A stretch of DNA of 63,429 nucleotides, filler included, from Choristocarpus tenellus KU-1152 (taxonomy: Eukaryota; Protista; Phaeophyceae), in assembly GCA_964200185.2 (NCBI GenBank). It is 10 parts of 10 records of this genome, joined end to end, with 100 filler letters (N's around TTAATTAATTAA, not from the genome) between each part and the next. Parts side by side here need not be neighbours in the genome. Positions count along the whole stretch, not along the records: positions 1 to 12,140 come from CAXNAD020001956.1; positions 12,241 to 19,852 come from CAXNAD020005876.1; 8 more parts are not named here. One strand, written 5' to 3'. The notes below the pieces were generated by a model. It saw nothing but the letters and a program-made list of their open reading frames with translations, had not been told where the DNA came from and did not search any database. A program made the position numbers and the translations under genes. This document shows, piece by piece, positions 1-14,120 of this stretch. How positions within the stretch are numbered: position 1 is the stretch's first letter; each line of letters begins with the position of its first letter.

Positions 1-762
1 GGGCTTGTCATGGATTCCCATTCAAAAAGGGGCCCTAAAAAAGTTTTAGGACATTTACAAAAAAATATATATGGGCACTTTCCGCGCACCATTTCAGTCA
101 AACCCATTCTCCATGAAATGATCCATCCACCATTACCATGATCCGCTGTTATCAGCCAATGTCCTTAGGCATTTACTATTTTCTAACTGAAAAGGTTTAA
201 AGTAAACATAACATTATTGCAGTATCAAAAATAGTATGAGAATTGCCAGGAGTAAGCATTCGTCACCTCAATGAATCTCCAGCAGCATTCCTGCGATACA
301 TGTTGGGGGTGGTTGATTAGTTGACCAACTGATTGACTTCCGGCTGGCTACATATTTTTCAGAATTATTCCCCCTAGTTGTAGAGATCCAACGCTCCACA
401 ATCTTAGCCAAGAGGGACAGACAAACAATATCCCATAGTGACTCCCTACCCTCCTAGTTAAGCACTCGTCACTAATTTTGTCACATTGTTGTATGTGGTG
501 TAAGCAAACCTTCTATGAGCAGAACAACCTATACCCATATCAATGACCCGCTATTGCTATGATGGTACTCAGTAAAACACCATACCAGTTGTGAAACATT
601 AACGTCCAACTGATATTGAAACTCCCGCATTGATCTGAATGGATCTCCACCACAAGAGTCACTAGTGACAGGTTTTTCTTATTGCTTATAAAGCCCGTTC
701 ACCTCCAGGGTACTTGTCCTAATGTCTACATATTTGCCGAGAACCCTCCCCCACTCTTCCTG

Positions 763-3700
763 TCACCGAAAAGTGACATTGATGCCAAATTGAAAGGGTC
801 TAATAAGGTCATTTTGACATCTTTGCAACACCTTGATGACGTTAGCCTCCACCCGGAGCACACCTTGTACAAGAGGGATAGGGCAAGAAAAATAGTGTTA
901 CATGACCTTTCCATAATTCGGCGGAAACATCTGTGGGAAGCATTAATCTAAAACATGGAATATATTTCACAGATCGGAAGTTCTCTGTAGTTTCTTTATC
1001 TGAGGAGAACAGTGTCCATGTGATGATACAAAACATTTCATGTCTCAACTAAGGCCGGACAAGGTTTCACAATCCAACTCTTCCTAATGTTAGTCAGGCG
1101 TTCACACGCACACACACACACCACAAAGAAGAACAAGCCGGCTAGGGAAGAAAATAAAGAGTGCACTACAAATTAGGTCCCGTCCATTACACACATCAAC
1201 ATACAACACAGTCCTCCACACTCTCCAACTTGTCCTGCTCACCGAATGCATTCCAGATTGTTCCTGCCCCCACCGATATTCGTGTGTCTCGAACGTAGTT
1301 CCTCAAGGGTGACTTCCAAGAAGTCAAATGGCCCATGTTTGCGAATAGATGCATGCGACTGGCGGCAAATTCAAAGGAGGCGTTTCTGAAGGGCACACTC
1401 AGTGCTGCTGAGACTGAAAATGTGCTCAAGACAGGCGAAGCGAATTTCAGAGAGGTATACACCAGCAAGTAAGTTTTCATTGCAACAGGAGGTACATAAA
1501 GGGCAATAGCAGCGATGCTGCTACAGTTTATTTCAAAGTAGCCTCTGTTCTGCCTGCTGTGCAGACAGTTCTCATAGCACGGTAGACAAAGCAGCTTTTT
1601 TTCTGAACACAGCAGACTTGCAATCCAAGTGGGGTTAAGCTGAGTTGTTCAAGGCACAATAGTACTATTGTCACACGAAAACATTACATGGTGGGATCCG
1701 CTGTAACACATGAAACAAATTGCAAGTAGAGGGTTTGAGGCTCTCCCGGCCAATAGGCATATTGTGCTAGGTGAAATAATGTTCCCACACGGATTTGTTG
1801 ATTTGTTATTGTTGGCACTGTTAAAGCATGCCAACCGTTTGAATCACACCAATTACGAGATATTTAGTCCCCCCCCCCCAGTGCTACGTCCTCCACGGAA
1901 TCAATCCGTCTCCCACAACAAATTTCCAAATATCGCAGACGATACATAGGACAAACCAGATAGACAAGGATGAAGGGTCAACAAAATCTAGGCTTGGCAG
2001 CAACACCACAACTCCTTCTTGGTCATGAGGAAAATATACTTTCTTCTCCTTTGCTTTGTGCAACCCTTGTAACTCCACCTGTGTATGTGATGTCACCTCC
2101 CAAGGCATCCCCGCGAGGACGCCCGCCTTCCTCTCGCGGCGCCCGTGGTCCAGCTCCAAAGCTCTCAAAGCCACGGAGTGTGCACGGGCCGCCCAGGAAA
2201 AAGCGGTCATTTAGGCGTGTGTTGACGCCTTCACTGAAAGGCCTTCCTCCCTCGCCCGCCCCGCATGTAGAGCAGGAAATTCCATGCGCATCAATGTGAT
2301 GGAAAAGGCTTTGTCAAAACTCAGGATGGGGAGACGGTATCGGGGGCTGTGCACATGCTGTAAAGGGCGGCGATACCCACAGATCATTGCAATTATTGAT
2401 CTAGAAGAAGAACAAGTCCTAGTAAATGCGAGTCATCATAGCTCGCGTTGATTATGTCCCAAACCCTTTGTACACATTGCATGTTACACCTAAAAGTTTA
2501 ACGTTTCGGGGAAGATTCCGGACCGTGGCAAGGGGGCTTCGCGGCTGCAGCGCCCCACTCCTTCTGTGACACACATCAAAACTTTTTGAGTAGTGATACA
2601 CATTCTATATACCTGCGCTGTGCTCACGTAGGGGGACTCAGGTCACACGAGAGCAGACGCAGTGTCTACCTGACATATCAGGGAAATGTGAAGAGGATGA
2701 CGAGCGGGAGTGATTCACGAATGCTGGCAACCCCCCCTCCCTGGAATGTTACTACTGTAAGAAGCACAGAAATGAAACGTTTTTCCTCAAGTAGTTCCAA
2801 AAACAGTTGCTGCTTTCAGTCTAAATATGTGCAGCACAGTAACGCAGAGCTCTGAGCACTCTGCGCCCAAAAGCAGGGCTTCCAGCAATCACTCCCTCCC
2901 AATTAACTCAAGACACAGTCTCCCACAATACATACACACCCCAACAGTCAGTGAGGGGTCTTTATTAATGGCTGGAGATGTGGGCAATGACCTGGTATAA
3001 ATCAGAGCAAATCAGTTAGGATTGTAACAGAAGCACATGCAGTGGGCATAAAGGACAGATGAACTCAATTATGCACCCTTTCATGTGTCCCTTCACACCC
3101 CAACCAATGAAATGCTACTTCCTGACCCAAAACCAGAGCCATAACCCTACCAATAACAACAACAAAAAAGTACAGAAAACAATTCCAGTTGCCATGAAAT
3201 CCCCACTACATCAACACCATTGTATACTATCATGGTCAACTTTCTGAACTATAGTCCAACAACCCTTTACCCTCCTTCCTGAAACATTCACCCTGTTTCC
3301 TCCGACCCTGTAAAAATAATTTCCAAATCAGCAATAAAATGGTTTCCTACATCAGTTTGAAAACCAAACACCCTGACCATTCTAGGAATAGCTCCCCTGA
3401 TTAGAGAGTTATGACAGAATAACAGGAGGCAACTCCCTCTCTCTCTTCAAATTGCAAGTTAAATCACCACACCACAGGCAGCTGGGGTTCAAGTTTCACA
3501 CGCTTCACCAAAAATTGGGGCACAGTCCAGCATGATGTAGACTTCAGAGATGACTAGGTGCTTACTGAGTGACGTGTGCTATAAGTAACTCTCAACACAC
3601 ACACACACACATTCAGCACAATTGAGTGTGTTTGAACCATGTTCGCTATGGTATTTAAAAAAGAACTAAACTGGAAAATCATGCCATAAAGAGATTCAGA

Positions 3701-6700
3701 GATCATGTGCCAACAACTCCAGCTCTCCGGCGCAGTGACCTCGGTGCACTACCATATATTTGTGCAAATATCGTTGACCACTCAAGCTCATACTAAGAGG
3801 CGTGGAGGACTTTCAACAATGCATCAACAGAAGCGCCATGGAGAAAATATTTGGCACCAAAATACTCAAGTTAGAAGTCGAAAATAGCAATGCATTGGAG
3901 CATATTATAGTATGTAGCTGCATGAAGGGGTAGCTGTCGTAAAAAAGATTGAAAATGCCATGGGATTGGGAAACACAAGATTGGTCTCTGAAAAGTGCAT
4001 GGTGATTCAGCTGAAGAACAGAGCGAAATCGGTGCTCAGTGTATAGCACTACCACATTTTTATCCTCACATCAGTGCCCCAGCATACCCACACAAGGCAA
4101 GTGAAAGGCCTCGCCACATGGGTATGTGTTTTTGCAGCTCCAATGTTCCCTTCAGAAACTTGACATCCCCAAGGAGACCTTGTTGACCAGTCGGCAGAAA
4201 AAGCAAAGCAGGGTTGTTGGAGCTTCAGAGGAAAGGGGGGTATGAACACTGCGCAGACCATGTTGATTCTATCAACATTTGATCCTGCATGGATCCCACT
4301 TGGGATTCCACATTTCTTGCATTAATCAACTTTTTTCCACGAGGAACTACACCTCTGCCCCCACAGTAGACACGGAACAATAAATACAAAACAAAACATC
4401 TGGCATGTCTTCACCACCTCATATTTTGAAATGGGACTAAATTTGGTCAGTGCAACTACTCCAAAAAAGTAGTATTACTCTGTGCTATTTAAAAAGACCC
4501 CGAGAAGAACCTGCCTCCATAAAGATAAGGGCACATTTTGAATTCGAATGTAACATGTAGGATGCAAATCCTCTGACGATAGTGTTGGTCTCTTCTCAAG
4601 GTTCGAGAAATGTGTTCCAAGTTCAGAAGAGGGGCGAAGCAGACCTTGACTCCAAAGAGCTCCACCGCCAAGCTATTACAAAAATATCTGTACAATCACA
4701 TTTGAAATTGCTGTCACCACTGACACCCCTACATCAAATACTAGTGCATACCACAGTACATAGTATAACAAGAGTCCCTCTATTCCTCTCCTTTCTCCTC
4801 TATGTATCATCGCAAGGGTCAAGACCACACCAACAAGTTCCTCCACAGGTAACCCCCCACCCCTCCCACCTGACCACTGCGTAATCCAGCTTCCCATAGA
4901 CCTTCACCCTCTTTAGTCTCCCTCTCACCTGCACCTTCCACACTGGTTTCATAGAAGGACCCTGCTGTGGGGGTTATCCGATTGTCCCTCTGGTCTTCAG
5001 TGTAGGTGTAGCTTACACTCCCTTTCACGGATGGCCTTGCCTCCATCATAACATCAAGAGATGCATCATAGGCATAGGGGACATTTGGGTGGCGTTTGGG
5101 CATGATGTCTCTCCAAAACACTTCAGCTGCTACGCTGTGCCTAGCATCATTTGCATCATACGTCCATGCCGTAGCCTTCGCTCCCTTGAGAAGCTCCTTG
5201 AAAGAGCCCTGCTCCTCCATATCCACCTATAAAAAGTATAAGCAATCAGCATGAATGCACAGCCAGGAGGTAATGAGGTGGTGAGGCAGCATTAACGGGT
5301 TTTGAAATGGCCACATGGACCGATATTGCACAGCTTCTAAGCAAGGATCTCGAAGCACACCTATCAAACAAAATGCTATTTAAGGGGGGAGGCGTGGAGG
5401 TGCAAAATGATCACGTAACACAGCTACAGTCTGGCAAGGGAATCGGGCAGGCCTGAGCATGTCATCAATTCTCAAATACAGAGAGTTGTACTGGGGCATG
5501 TTTTTTTTAGAGCAACGGGGGGCAGGGGGGATGGATACAGAGTTCAAAGCAAGTTTACACTTGATGAGATGGCTTCCTCCCCACGACCCTGTGTCAGAGA
5601 AGATGGATCGGACACTCACCTTTGCTTTCTTACCCTCCACCTCAAATGCAACATCACTACCACGGATCTTTGGAAGAATAAAGCGGGCGAATGTGTCCTC
5701 ATTCTGCCCACCCAAGTTTGCATTCCCATTGTAACCCCCGATTACCCTCTCTCCATGGCCAAAGACATTGAGGAGAACTCCAGTCGCCTCTACCCTGGTT
5801 GATCAAAGAGAGATTTCAGCAAGTTGGCGATTTGGATCATTGCTAGATAACAAAGAATACAGGCGGGAAGGAGGCGAAAATAGATTACAGGTGCTGCCAC
5901 CACTCTTGATTCCACGACCAAGAGAATTAAGAGGCCACCTCGGTGGATTTTTCCCTTCCCTGCTCCCCACTGATTCGTCTTCCTGTATTCTCCTTCCTCA
6001 AACTTGATCCGTATCCCACACAAAGAAAATGAGTACCAGTCATGAATTGTGGAAAGTACAGGGTTCAGTTATTTTTTCGCACCCAACCCAAAGAAGAGGC
6101 GATAGGAAAATCGATCAAATTCAGGTCCAGCGGAAACTTAACACACACATGGGATATTCCTTCTGCGCGATGTTTGTCCCGCAGCTCATGTTTATCCATA
6201 ATTTCTCCTTCAGCTTCACCGTTACGTCGATTTCCTCATCGGAATCCTCCACAGCATCCATGGTCAAATTGACACTTTCGAAAAGGCCAAGCGCTGAACG
6301 TGGCCGGCAAGAAGGGATCACTCGGTGAGAGAGGAAGCACACTATCATAAAGGCTCATTACACATCTATTTCATGGTGGGAAAACGAGAAACAATACCAT
6401 CGACAAGGGCGATAGTATGTTCCTTTCGTTGACCTACTAACACTGGCACTGGCAATGGCACTGCAACTGGAACTAAAATCAATGATCCACTCACCGTTTA
6501 GGTTATCAAGTCCTTCCCGAAGTCCATCATCAACTCCTGCCAAGGTGGACGCTTGATAGGCAGACTTGGAGTGGTAGCAAAACGTTCGAGGGGAAGGGAA
6601 TGCTGTGATCAAGAGACAGCACGCTCAAAATCAGTCAAACTTAAGACTAACAAATGTCCCCGTCTTACTGTGAGGAGATGCTAGGTTTCAGAGTTATGTA

Positions 6701-6821
6701 CTAGGACCTGTAGCTCGTTCTCGATCACGTAGTCACGAGTCCTCTTTGTCCCCACTATCTTAACGCTGCGGATCTTAAGCGGGAGATGAGGATCCCACAC
6801 ATGTTCACCACCTGCACTCAT
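763..6821 (-). CDS. SAM50: Mitochondrial outer-membrane beta-barrel assembly protein SAM50 (Omp85/BamA family), multi-exon
   Basis: GT-AG exons with matching phases: 6821-6708 (MSAGG..LKIRSVKIVGTKRTRDYVIENELQ, POTRA), 6564-6495, 6293-6149 (ALGLFESVNLTMD), 5794-5620 (LLNVFGHGERV), 5226-4929 (PSVKGSVSYTYTEDQRDNRITPTAG), 4178-4088 (GLLGDVKFLKG), ~2308-2078 (NDRFFLGGPCTLRGFESFGAGPR..DALGGD; acceptor uncertain), 1413-1243 (HLFANMG..RISVGAG), 863-763 (LRVEAN..FQFGINVTFR*, beta-signal). Additional small exons between 2300 and 4088 cannot be excluded. Confidence 0.93.
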
Positions 6822-7134
6822 GAAACTTCCCACCCTCTATTGCCAGCTTCTAACTCCACCCTCCCAACTATTATATAGGTGTCTCTGCAGAGATTGTGTG
6901 TGATGCTATTTTCTAGCAAACATGGCTGTAGTATAATGTATTGTATAATGAATGATACATGATCCCCTAAAATCGGTGGTACACACTTTCCTCTCGAAAT
7001 CGGAAGGGATCGAGTTAGGATTGATCGATAAACGACTCCTTTTCCGATACTGGGTGTGAGATTCAAGGGTATCGAGATGATTTGGGGCAAACAGAGACTT
7101 GTTTTCCCCTCGATCAGTTACACTTACGAGGTAT

Positions 7135-7245
7135 GATTTCCAACGGCGTTGATATATTTGGGAAGAGCTGGTAGATGGAAAACACAACCAAGGTGGACAG
7201 AAAAAGAACTGGTGAATGTGCCTTCAAGAGGACCTTGATGGGAAG
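7135..7245 (+). mobile_element. Decayed RTE-type LINE ORF2 C-terminal fragment
   Basis: Reads ..IWEELVDGKHNQGGQKKNW*MCLQEDL, resembling the RTE GEL..GKR..GG..K.W..CL.EDL motif; contains stops. Confidence 0.55.
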
Positions 7246-7778
7246 TATTATATCACTCGGTTGAAAGGTGGAGCGCAAGGACAATCAACCAAAAGAGAGA
7301 GGTGGTGGAAGTGTGTAGCTACCAGCAAAACGAGCTTGATGGCAAGTGTTACCCCAAGAAAGCTGTTATAGCTGATGTAGGTCACGCTAACTGGCAGGTA
7401 AGAAGGTAGCCCAAACAACCACACCATACATACACCACCGAAGTTTTTGTTGAACGCTGCTTTCTCAGTGTATCGTTTCTTTTGGGGTTGATCATCCTTG
7501 AGTACCACTTTTTGATCTTTGCCTTCTTGTTTTCTTAGAGTGATATGGTGCATGAAGATTTTCTCTTTTGAGTGAAAGTGCATTTACCTTCGGATTAGTT
7601 CCTTTTCTTTTTCACTTCTTTTTTTCTTATTCTTGTACTTCTCTTATGGCCAAGTTCTGTGTGATGGAGGGTGATAAGAATCACCAGAGATAAGATTCAG
7701 GAAGGAAGTGAGAGTGGGGCTGAACCATGCTGGGCGAGGATTGAGACCCTCGGAGTACCACCTTCCTCAGTCCCCACT

Positions 7779-8035
7779 TAGTCAAAGTAAACGAGAGTTA
7801 CCCAGAATTGCATTTTAAGGATGCTGGCAAATATGTACAAAATTCGATTTTCTTACAAATAATGTGCATTGGATATTTTCCGACTTGTGTCAAATATTTT
7901 CAAACAATACAGAAATCAACCCTCAAGTCAAACTTAGCACATCTATAGCAATATGATTGAAATTCAAAATATTGAAAAACTGACTTAAAATGCAAAAACG
8001 CCCAAAAACTGGGTAACTCTCATTTACTTTGACTC
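7779..8035. mobile_element. MITE (~257 bp), GAGTCAAAGTA-terminus family A
   Basis: TIRs agtcaaagtaaacgagagttacccag / ctgggtaactctcatttactttgactc; flanked by ACT(T) on both sides; related copies at 48647 and 61389. Confidence 0.8.
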
Positions 8036-9729
8036 ACTTTGATTGGCTGTGAGCAGTCAACAGTCCCCACCTTTCCTGGTTTGAATTCACAGCTCGTGTT
8101 GGGGTCACCGCGAGTCACCCACACCTGACCCCCACCCCATCACCTTGACTGATGTTTGTCCTCAACAGCAAAAGGTGGCGTGCATAATGAATAGGACGGG
8201 GCACAGTATTTCATACCAGCAAGTAGGTCTCATACCAGCAAGTAGGTTTCTTAGATTGGACCTGGCCCTGATATTCTCCTTTTCCTCTCATCCTTACTCT
8301 ATATTTGTATTCTGGAGTGTTATTCCTCACTTACTGCGATCCACCTGCGAATTCTAAAACTAGCTGTGGAAGGTCACTGAGTTGAAAGATCCTAAATACC
8401 ACATATTCAAGGATGAAGACCACACCACTACTTCAACAATACTGCATTATACCTTCATTTCATCAATGCACCTGACCACTACTCAACCTCCTTTCCCCAG
8501 ACATCCGATCCTACAGAGAACTCAGTATCCATATTTGATTCAAAAGAACACTGAATCTTCATGATCCACCTTCAATTCCTTCATCTTGCTTTATTGATTG
8601 GTTTTGTCTTGATCTCTCATCTTTGTTGCAACTTTTTTTAGGTTAAGTACCCACTTCCACTTGGGTCAACCGCACTAGTTTTGTTTTCTCTTCAATTGTA
8701 CTTCTATATTTCTCTCAAGGAGTACGTCTATTGCCTTCCTTGGACTACCTTTTCTACCGCATGTCTGGGACCCCTCAGACTAATGTGAACATTGCTATTT
8801 GCTCCTGAGTACTATGGAAGGAATGACTAATAATGCGGGTAGGCGTAAGTCCATATTTCTTCTCATTCTTACTCAAGTCGGGACGAAAATATGTTGAGGT
8901 GAGAAAAGCTGAGGGCAAGGGGCATCTGGTGGTATGAGCAGAAATTGAATTTCAATAAGTAGCATTTGGTATGAATCTAGCAGGAGTGTTTAGATATTAC
9001 ATTGTTGGGAAAAATTGTCATGTTTTAGAGTTTTACTTGAGGAAGCACATACTGCAACATAGAAAACCTGTTCCAAGACATTTATTATGTGCCTATAGTA
9101 GGTGGTGCTGCTGGGAGTGATATATGACTCAAGAAGTACAGCGATTTTTTCTCTCGGGATAGCTGTGAAGTGTCTGCGGTCTAGTTGCAATGGTTGGCAT
9201 GCAAGACAAGAACGAAAAAGAGAGCACATTTATTTTGTGATTTCTGCTCATGATAGACACCAGGTAAGGTATACCCCAGCAAGTTACTGTGTGGGACTGA
9301 TCCTCCAGGCCTTGTTGGTCATTTTTGTTTGGGTCCCTGAAAAATGGAAGTATTGAAGGGTTTTGAGCTCATGCAAGCTCATTATTTCCATAAATCTCTA
9401 CATAGGTTGCCATGTCTCCGTCTACCTCTTCGTCCACATCTTCTTCTGAGAATTGGGATTCTCTTCTGCCTCCTCCTCAATCTCTCAGCACTCTTGGGAT
9501 GTATGTCATCAACAGTCTCAGGAGGAGCAATGAGGCTTTCCCCCTCAGCTCCCTTCCTTCATCCTCAATTGTTTTCAGCTTCAACATCATTTGGGTACAT
9601 TTCCCAGCTTCTCTCAAGGCTAGCAACTCAGCCTTGGTTTTCTTCCCCTTCTGCGCATTCGGACCTTGCCCACCTTCCCTTATCCATGTTCTTTGCAGGC
9701 TTACACTTCCCCATGACACACCTTGTCAC

Positions 9730-10610
9730 AAATTCCTCAGAACCCCAATTGTGATACCTCTGTGCGGTATCACAATTTGCAATAATGATCTTGAACTGTG
9801 TGAACCTGAAACTGCGGGGTGTCATGCACACTACCCAGCTACCTCATGGAATGATCCAGTGTTCATTGGACATAATGAAGTTGAGATTACCCTTCCCCAC
9901 ACAGACCACTCAACTTCTAGGTGCCACTGTGCAAAAGCTAGGACTATCCTATAGATAAAAAAAGTGTACCCGTGGAACACGAGGATCCTGATTTGTTCAA
10001 TGCATGAAAATATTGATGGTTTATAAAGGCGGGCTTGTTCCTCTCCATGATCCATTCTGTCGCTAAATCAGAACCCCAATTTCGTGCCAAAATATTGAGA
10101 GTTAGGCAGGTTTGGGTCCTTGTGCTTTCTAAGCCACCTTTCCCACCCTGGGCAAAGTACCCTATTTCATTCCTTTATGTACATAATAGCTTACACTAAA
10201 TTGATACTCCCCTTTTCACACACAAAGTGACACCAAAATTCAGCGAAGGCTCTGCAGTTCTAGAAAATGGCGTCTTTTTGCTATTTCTTGAGATCACTAA
10301 AATACATATCTTACCTCTCGATTACTTTGGTCCAATTCCCATACCCTCTCTATGTGATCAAGTGTATCTTCTGAACGACTTTAAACTCTGTGAATCTTTA
10401 GACTGGTGCGCTACATAGATGTCCCAGCTACCGCTTGGAAAAATTCAGTGCTTTATTGGATGTATTATCAGGCCAAGATTATTCTCAACGTGATCGGACA
10501 ATCCCTGAATTGACCTCTCAACTTCTAGGTGCGACTGTGCAACAGATAGGACTCCCCTGCAGATAAAAAGTCACTTGTGGAACACCAGGAACCTGGTATT
10601 TCCAATGCAC
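9730..10610. repeat. Diverged direct duplication (~280 bp blocks, ~600 bp apart)
   Basis: ctcaacttctaggtgc(c/g)actgtgcaa..taggact..agataaaaa..gtggaacac at ~9910 and ~10516; upstream gaactgtgtgaa..cccagctacc..cagtg..attgga blocks also match (~9795, ~10385). Confidence 0.7.
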
Positions 10611-12055
10611 CAACTCAGCGTTTATAGAGTGTGAGAACTCACTATTGTAGTGATGGAGGAAAGTATTAAAACCACCAAACTGAAATCTTGACTCAAAAAA
10701 ATCGAAAAAATGCGGTGTAGAGAACCCGACGTTTGTTTTTAAAAAACTACTTAATTCTGTATATTATACTTCTACTATTATCACAATGTAGTGGTACTGC
10801 TAACAACTGTACCAATAACAATATTGTAAATGATAACAATTCTTCCTCTGTACAGCATCAGTTGAACGCCCCTACATCAAGGCATAGGGGAATGAAGACA
10901 ACTAAACTACCTCAGTAACGCACTACGCATAGGGACATGCATTGTACTACTGTACAAACTCAACGTTGCTAATAGTATATATGAAGTAAGAAATGTCTTT
11001 GTAGCAATATAATGTGACTAGAATGATTTATGAGTGATGGAACGCAATATTAGAATGTCGTGATATTCGAGCAATGTTCTAGGAATTTTATTGTTAGGTA
11101 GCTTCTAAGATTTTTGCTAAGATAATTGTGAAGGGTAGGACAACACCCCCTTATGGATAGGATTCACCTTTTGTTGAGACTTAACGAAGCATATTCTACA
11201 TCATCTTCTTTGTGGTAAAGCAGTACACTCTTTGGTAGCGTACAAGCACCAATCGCTTGTCCAACCACTAGTTCAATCTGACATCCCATACATTCAACTG
11301 TATAAATTTGGTCAATTATTTCACATGCATGCACTACACGGAGGTATGCTCCTTAATTTGCGTAGAACGTGACACAAATATCTGATTCAAAACAAAACAT
11401 TGACCTCTCAGCTTCAACCTACAACCTCTCCGCCCTTACTCTCATGAACTGCCTTGTGTCGTTGGGACCTGATTTTGTGACTCCTTTAGAGATGACGTAC
11501 CCAATTACATATGGAATATGCACTTAGCATTTGTAGTTTGTCTCCATCTAATCAGTTTGAACAGTTTGTGGGGTGGTTTGCTACTACTGTAAAGCTAGGA
11601 CGTGTATAAGAAACCTTACATAGGGATGAGTTGTTGCAGTGAGAAGGAGGACTAATTTTGACAATTTGGTGTATCACTATATTATCGTGGGTTTTTGCAA
11701 GAAGATTCCGCAAAAACAATTAATATCTGAAACCATCTTGTATATTTTTTATAACCTGACCAGCAAATGAATCAAACTAATGCTGAACAGAGGAAGAAAT
11801 AAATCCTTCTTTCTAAATGTGAGTTGCGTGCTTCGGTGGTGGTATGGTTTGCTCAGATAAGGGGGGTAAAGAGTTTGACTGGGTAGGATGGATCAGAGAG
11901 ATCCCCAGATGAACCGTAGCTGTGAGGACAAGGTAAGGTTTGATGAGGACAAGGGTGGAGAGTGGAGAAAGAGGAACTGATGAGAGTGGATCATCAGAGT
12001 CAAAGGGGGTGATGTCACAGGGAATCCCTTGGCTCTTGGTATCTCTCAATGAAGA

Positions 12056-12140
12056 GGGTCAAAGTATCTGAGGGGGGGTGTCGGCGTCCGTCTTTCACCC
12101 TTTTTTCGATTTTCACTTTTTTGTTGTGATTTGGTTGCAC
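12056..12140. mobile_element. Partial MITE (family C) truncated at contig end
   Basis: gggtcaaagtatctgagggggggtgtcggcg..ttcgattttcacttttttgttgtgatttggttgcac matches 31251 copy and the reverse complement of 21803 copy. Confidence 0.8.
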
Positions 12141-12240
12141 NNNNNNNNNNNNNNNNNNNNNNNNNNNNNNNNNNNNNNNNNNNNTTAATTAATTAANNNN
12201 NNNNNNNNNNNNNNNNNNNNNNNNNNNNNNNNNNNNNNNN
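12141..12240. other. Artificial contig linker (N44-TTAATTAATTAA-N44)
   Basis: 100-nt spacer with six-frame stop cassette. Confidence 0.97.
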
Positions 12241-12799
12241 TTTTTTTTTTTTTTATTATACCCCCCCCCCCCCGATCCCCCCTCCCTCCCCCCCCCACCC
12301 CCTTCCCCTCTTGCCCCCCCCCCCCCCCCCCCAGATACTTTGAGTCATGCGTGGCAATGTCTCTAATTGCACCTATTATATGCTGTGTATGAGTGGAATT
12401 GTAGAAAGCAGTATCAGCCTGCAGCGCCTTCAAAGTCACCACCCCTGAACATGTGGAAGCGAAAAATGCGTGTAACAGTATGCAAGTGCCATGTTATCTG
12501 TTTTGTTTACTGCTTTGGCACAGGGAGGAGGATCGGCCTATACTCTGGGGATGGGAACAGGCAGCCTAGAGGGTTTAAGTTTAAGCAGGTCCTGACTACT
12601 TGTCTGGACCCCACAACGAAAATCCTTTCAGGATGATAGAGAATCAGCATGGTGAATATATTTGGAGACAGGTGGAGTTGGAGCTTACAGGTATTGGGAA
12701 GGAGGACGGAGCACAGGAGGCAGAGAATAGTGCAGTGGTGGAACCAAGCCCATGTCCACGTATTGTCCATCTTGAGCAGGCACAGCCCTCCCAAAAATG

Positions 12800-14120
12800 A
12801 CACAAGGGGGTCGCAATAGCTTTCGCAATGTGTGGGAGGAGTTCAGCTGATGGTAGTGGAATATTGGAAACACACGGTCAGGAGCACATAAAGGAAGCAG
12901 CACGTACAGAGATTGGTACCTTCAGGTTTGCAGGAGGGCTCCCAAAATTTCGTATAGATTGTGGAGGTTACAACAACCAGGTCAAGTGGGGGCGGGGCAG
13001 GAGCTCAAATTTTCCGTGCCTGGCCAAGTCTGCCCGCTGCCATTCCTGCCACATGGACTCAGATAGCATGTTCTCAACAGCTGGGAACATTTTGACCTAT
13101 ACATGAATAGGCTGAACCCAGGTTATGTGCAACTCCTTGTCTCTCTTCGCAACACCTGGATGAAGATGGATGTTGTTCATGTATGCATCATTACTGCAAT
13201 GAACTAGTCGCTGACTGCTTTTGTGTTCGTCTTGCTAGGATCACATAGCATGGTCACGGGCTTTGTGGAGAACGCTAGTAGAGCTGGTCTACCATTGACT
13301 CAAGGCATCATAATGCCGTTTTATCTCAAGCCGAAGGCAGAGCTTCTTCTCAATATGCCACTTGGTGCAGATATCGAGTCCTTGGAGGGCTTTGATTGTT
13401 CGCTAAAGTGGGTGTAAGGCCTACTTTTGTCGCAATGAGATGGCAAGCGTGGTGCTACATGGGTAGGCTGGCAGTGTTGCTGACGAGGTGATAATTGAGG
13501 GCCTGCAGAAGGTCAAAGGACATCTGTGAAAAATACCCCTGAGTCACATCTACGAAGCTGCTGAGACAGGGCTGCTGTACAAGTTGCTACCACGCAAGAC
13601 GTAGTGTCCATCTACCTCACAGAGCTCTAGCAGAAATTGAGTACAGATATTCAACAAGGAAAGGAGGGTGAGGGAGGCTGTGAGTCTGGCTTGGTAGAGA
13701 CATCGGATATTCTTCAGATGAAGGCTACTGAGCTTGCGACCAACAACAGCATCACTAGGGCTTAGGAAAGGCTACAACTAGAAGACCAGGAGGATATAGC
13801 TGAGTCTTTCGCAAAGGACATAGAGGATGAGCTACTGAACCGTGGGTTGTATTAGTAGCACTGCTAGTAAGGCTGATGAGGAAGGGGGTGAATCAGAACA
13901 CGAGACTGCGACACTGGGTGATGATGATGATGGCGGTGAATGGATGAGCCTTCCTCTGTCTCCCTTTGTTGAAGTACTACTACATATTGTCTTGATTTTT
14001 GGGAGAACGTTAAAGAGGATGGATTAAATCTGCCCTGCACATTGGGGCATAAGGTGAAAATGGATTTATTGATTGCTTATGCTTTGAGATCTGAATCAGA
14101 CGGATATTGAACAGACACTT
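12800..14120 (+). pseudogene. Decayed pogo/Tigger (CENP-B-like HTH, DDE_1 family) transposase
   Basis: GFVENASRAGLPLTQGII..EGFDCSLKWV* then VLHG*AGSVADEVIIEGLQKVKDICEKYP..HIYEAAETGLLYKLLPRKT matches the Tigger LHGEAGS..IYNADETGLFYKLLP..T motif; many stops and frameshifts. Confidence 0.8.

Noticed and set aside
12185-12196. Recurring TTAATTAATTAA palindrome between N runs
   Set aside because: Artificial six-frame-stop linker used to concatenate contigs; not biological.
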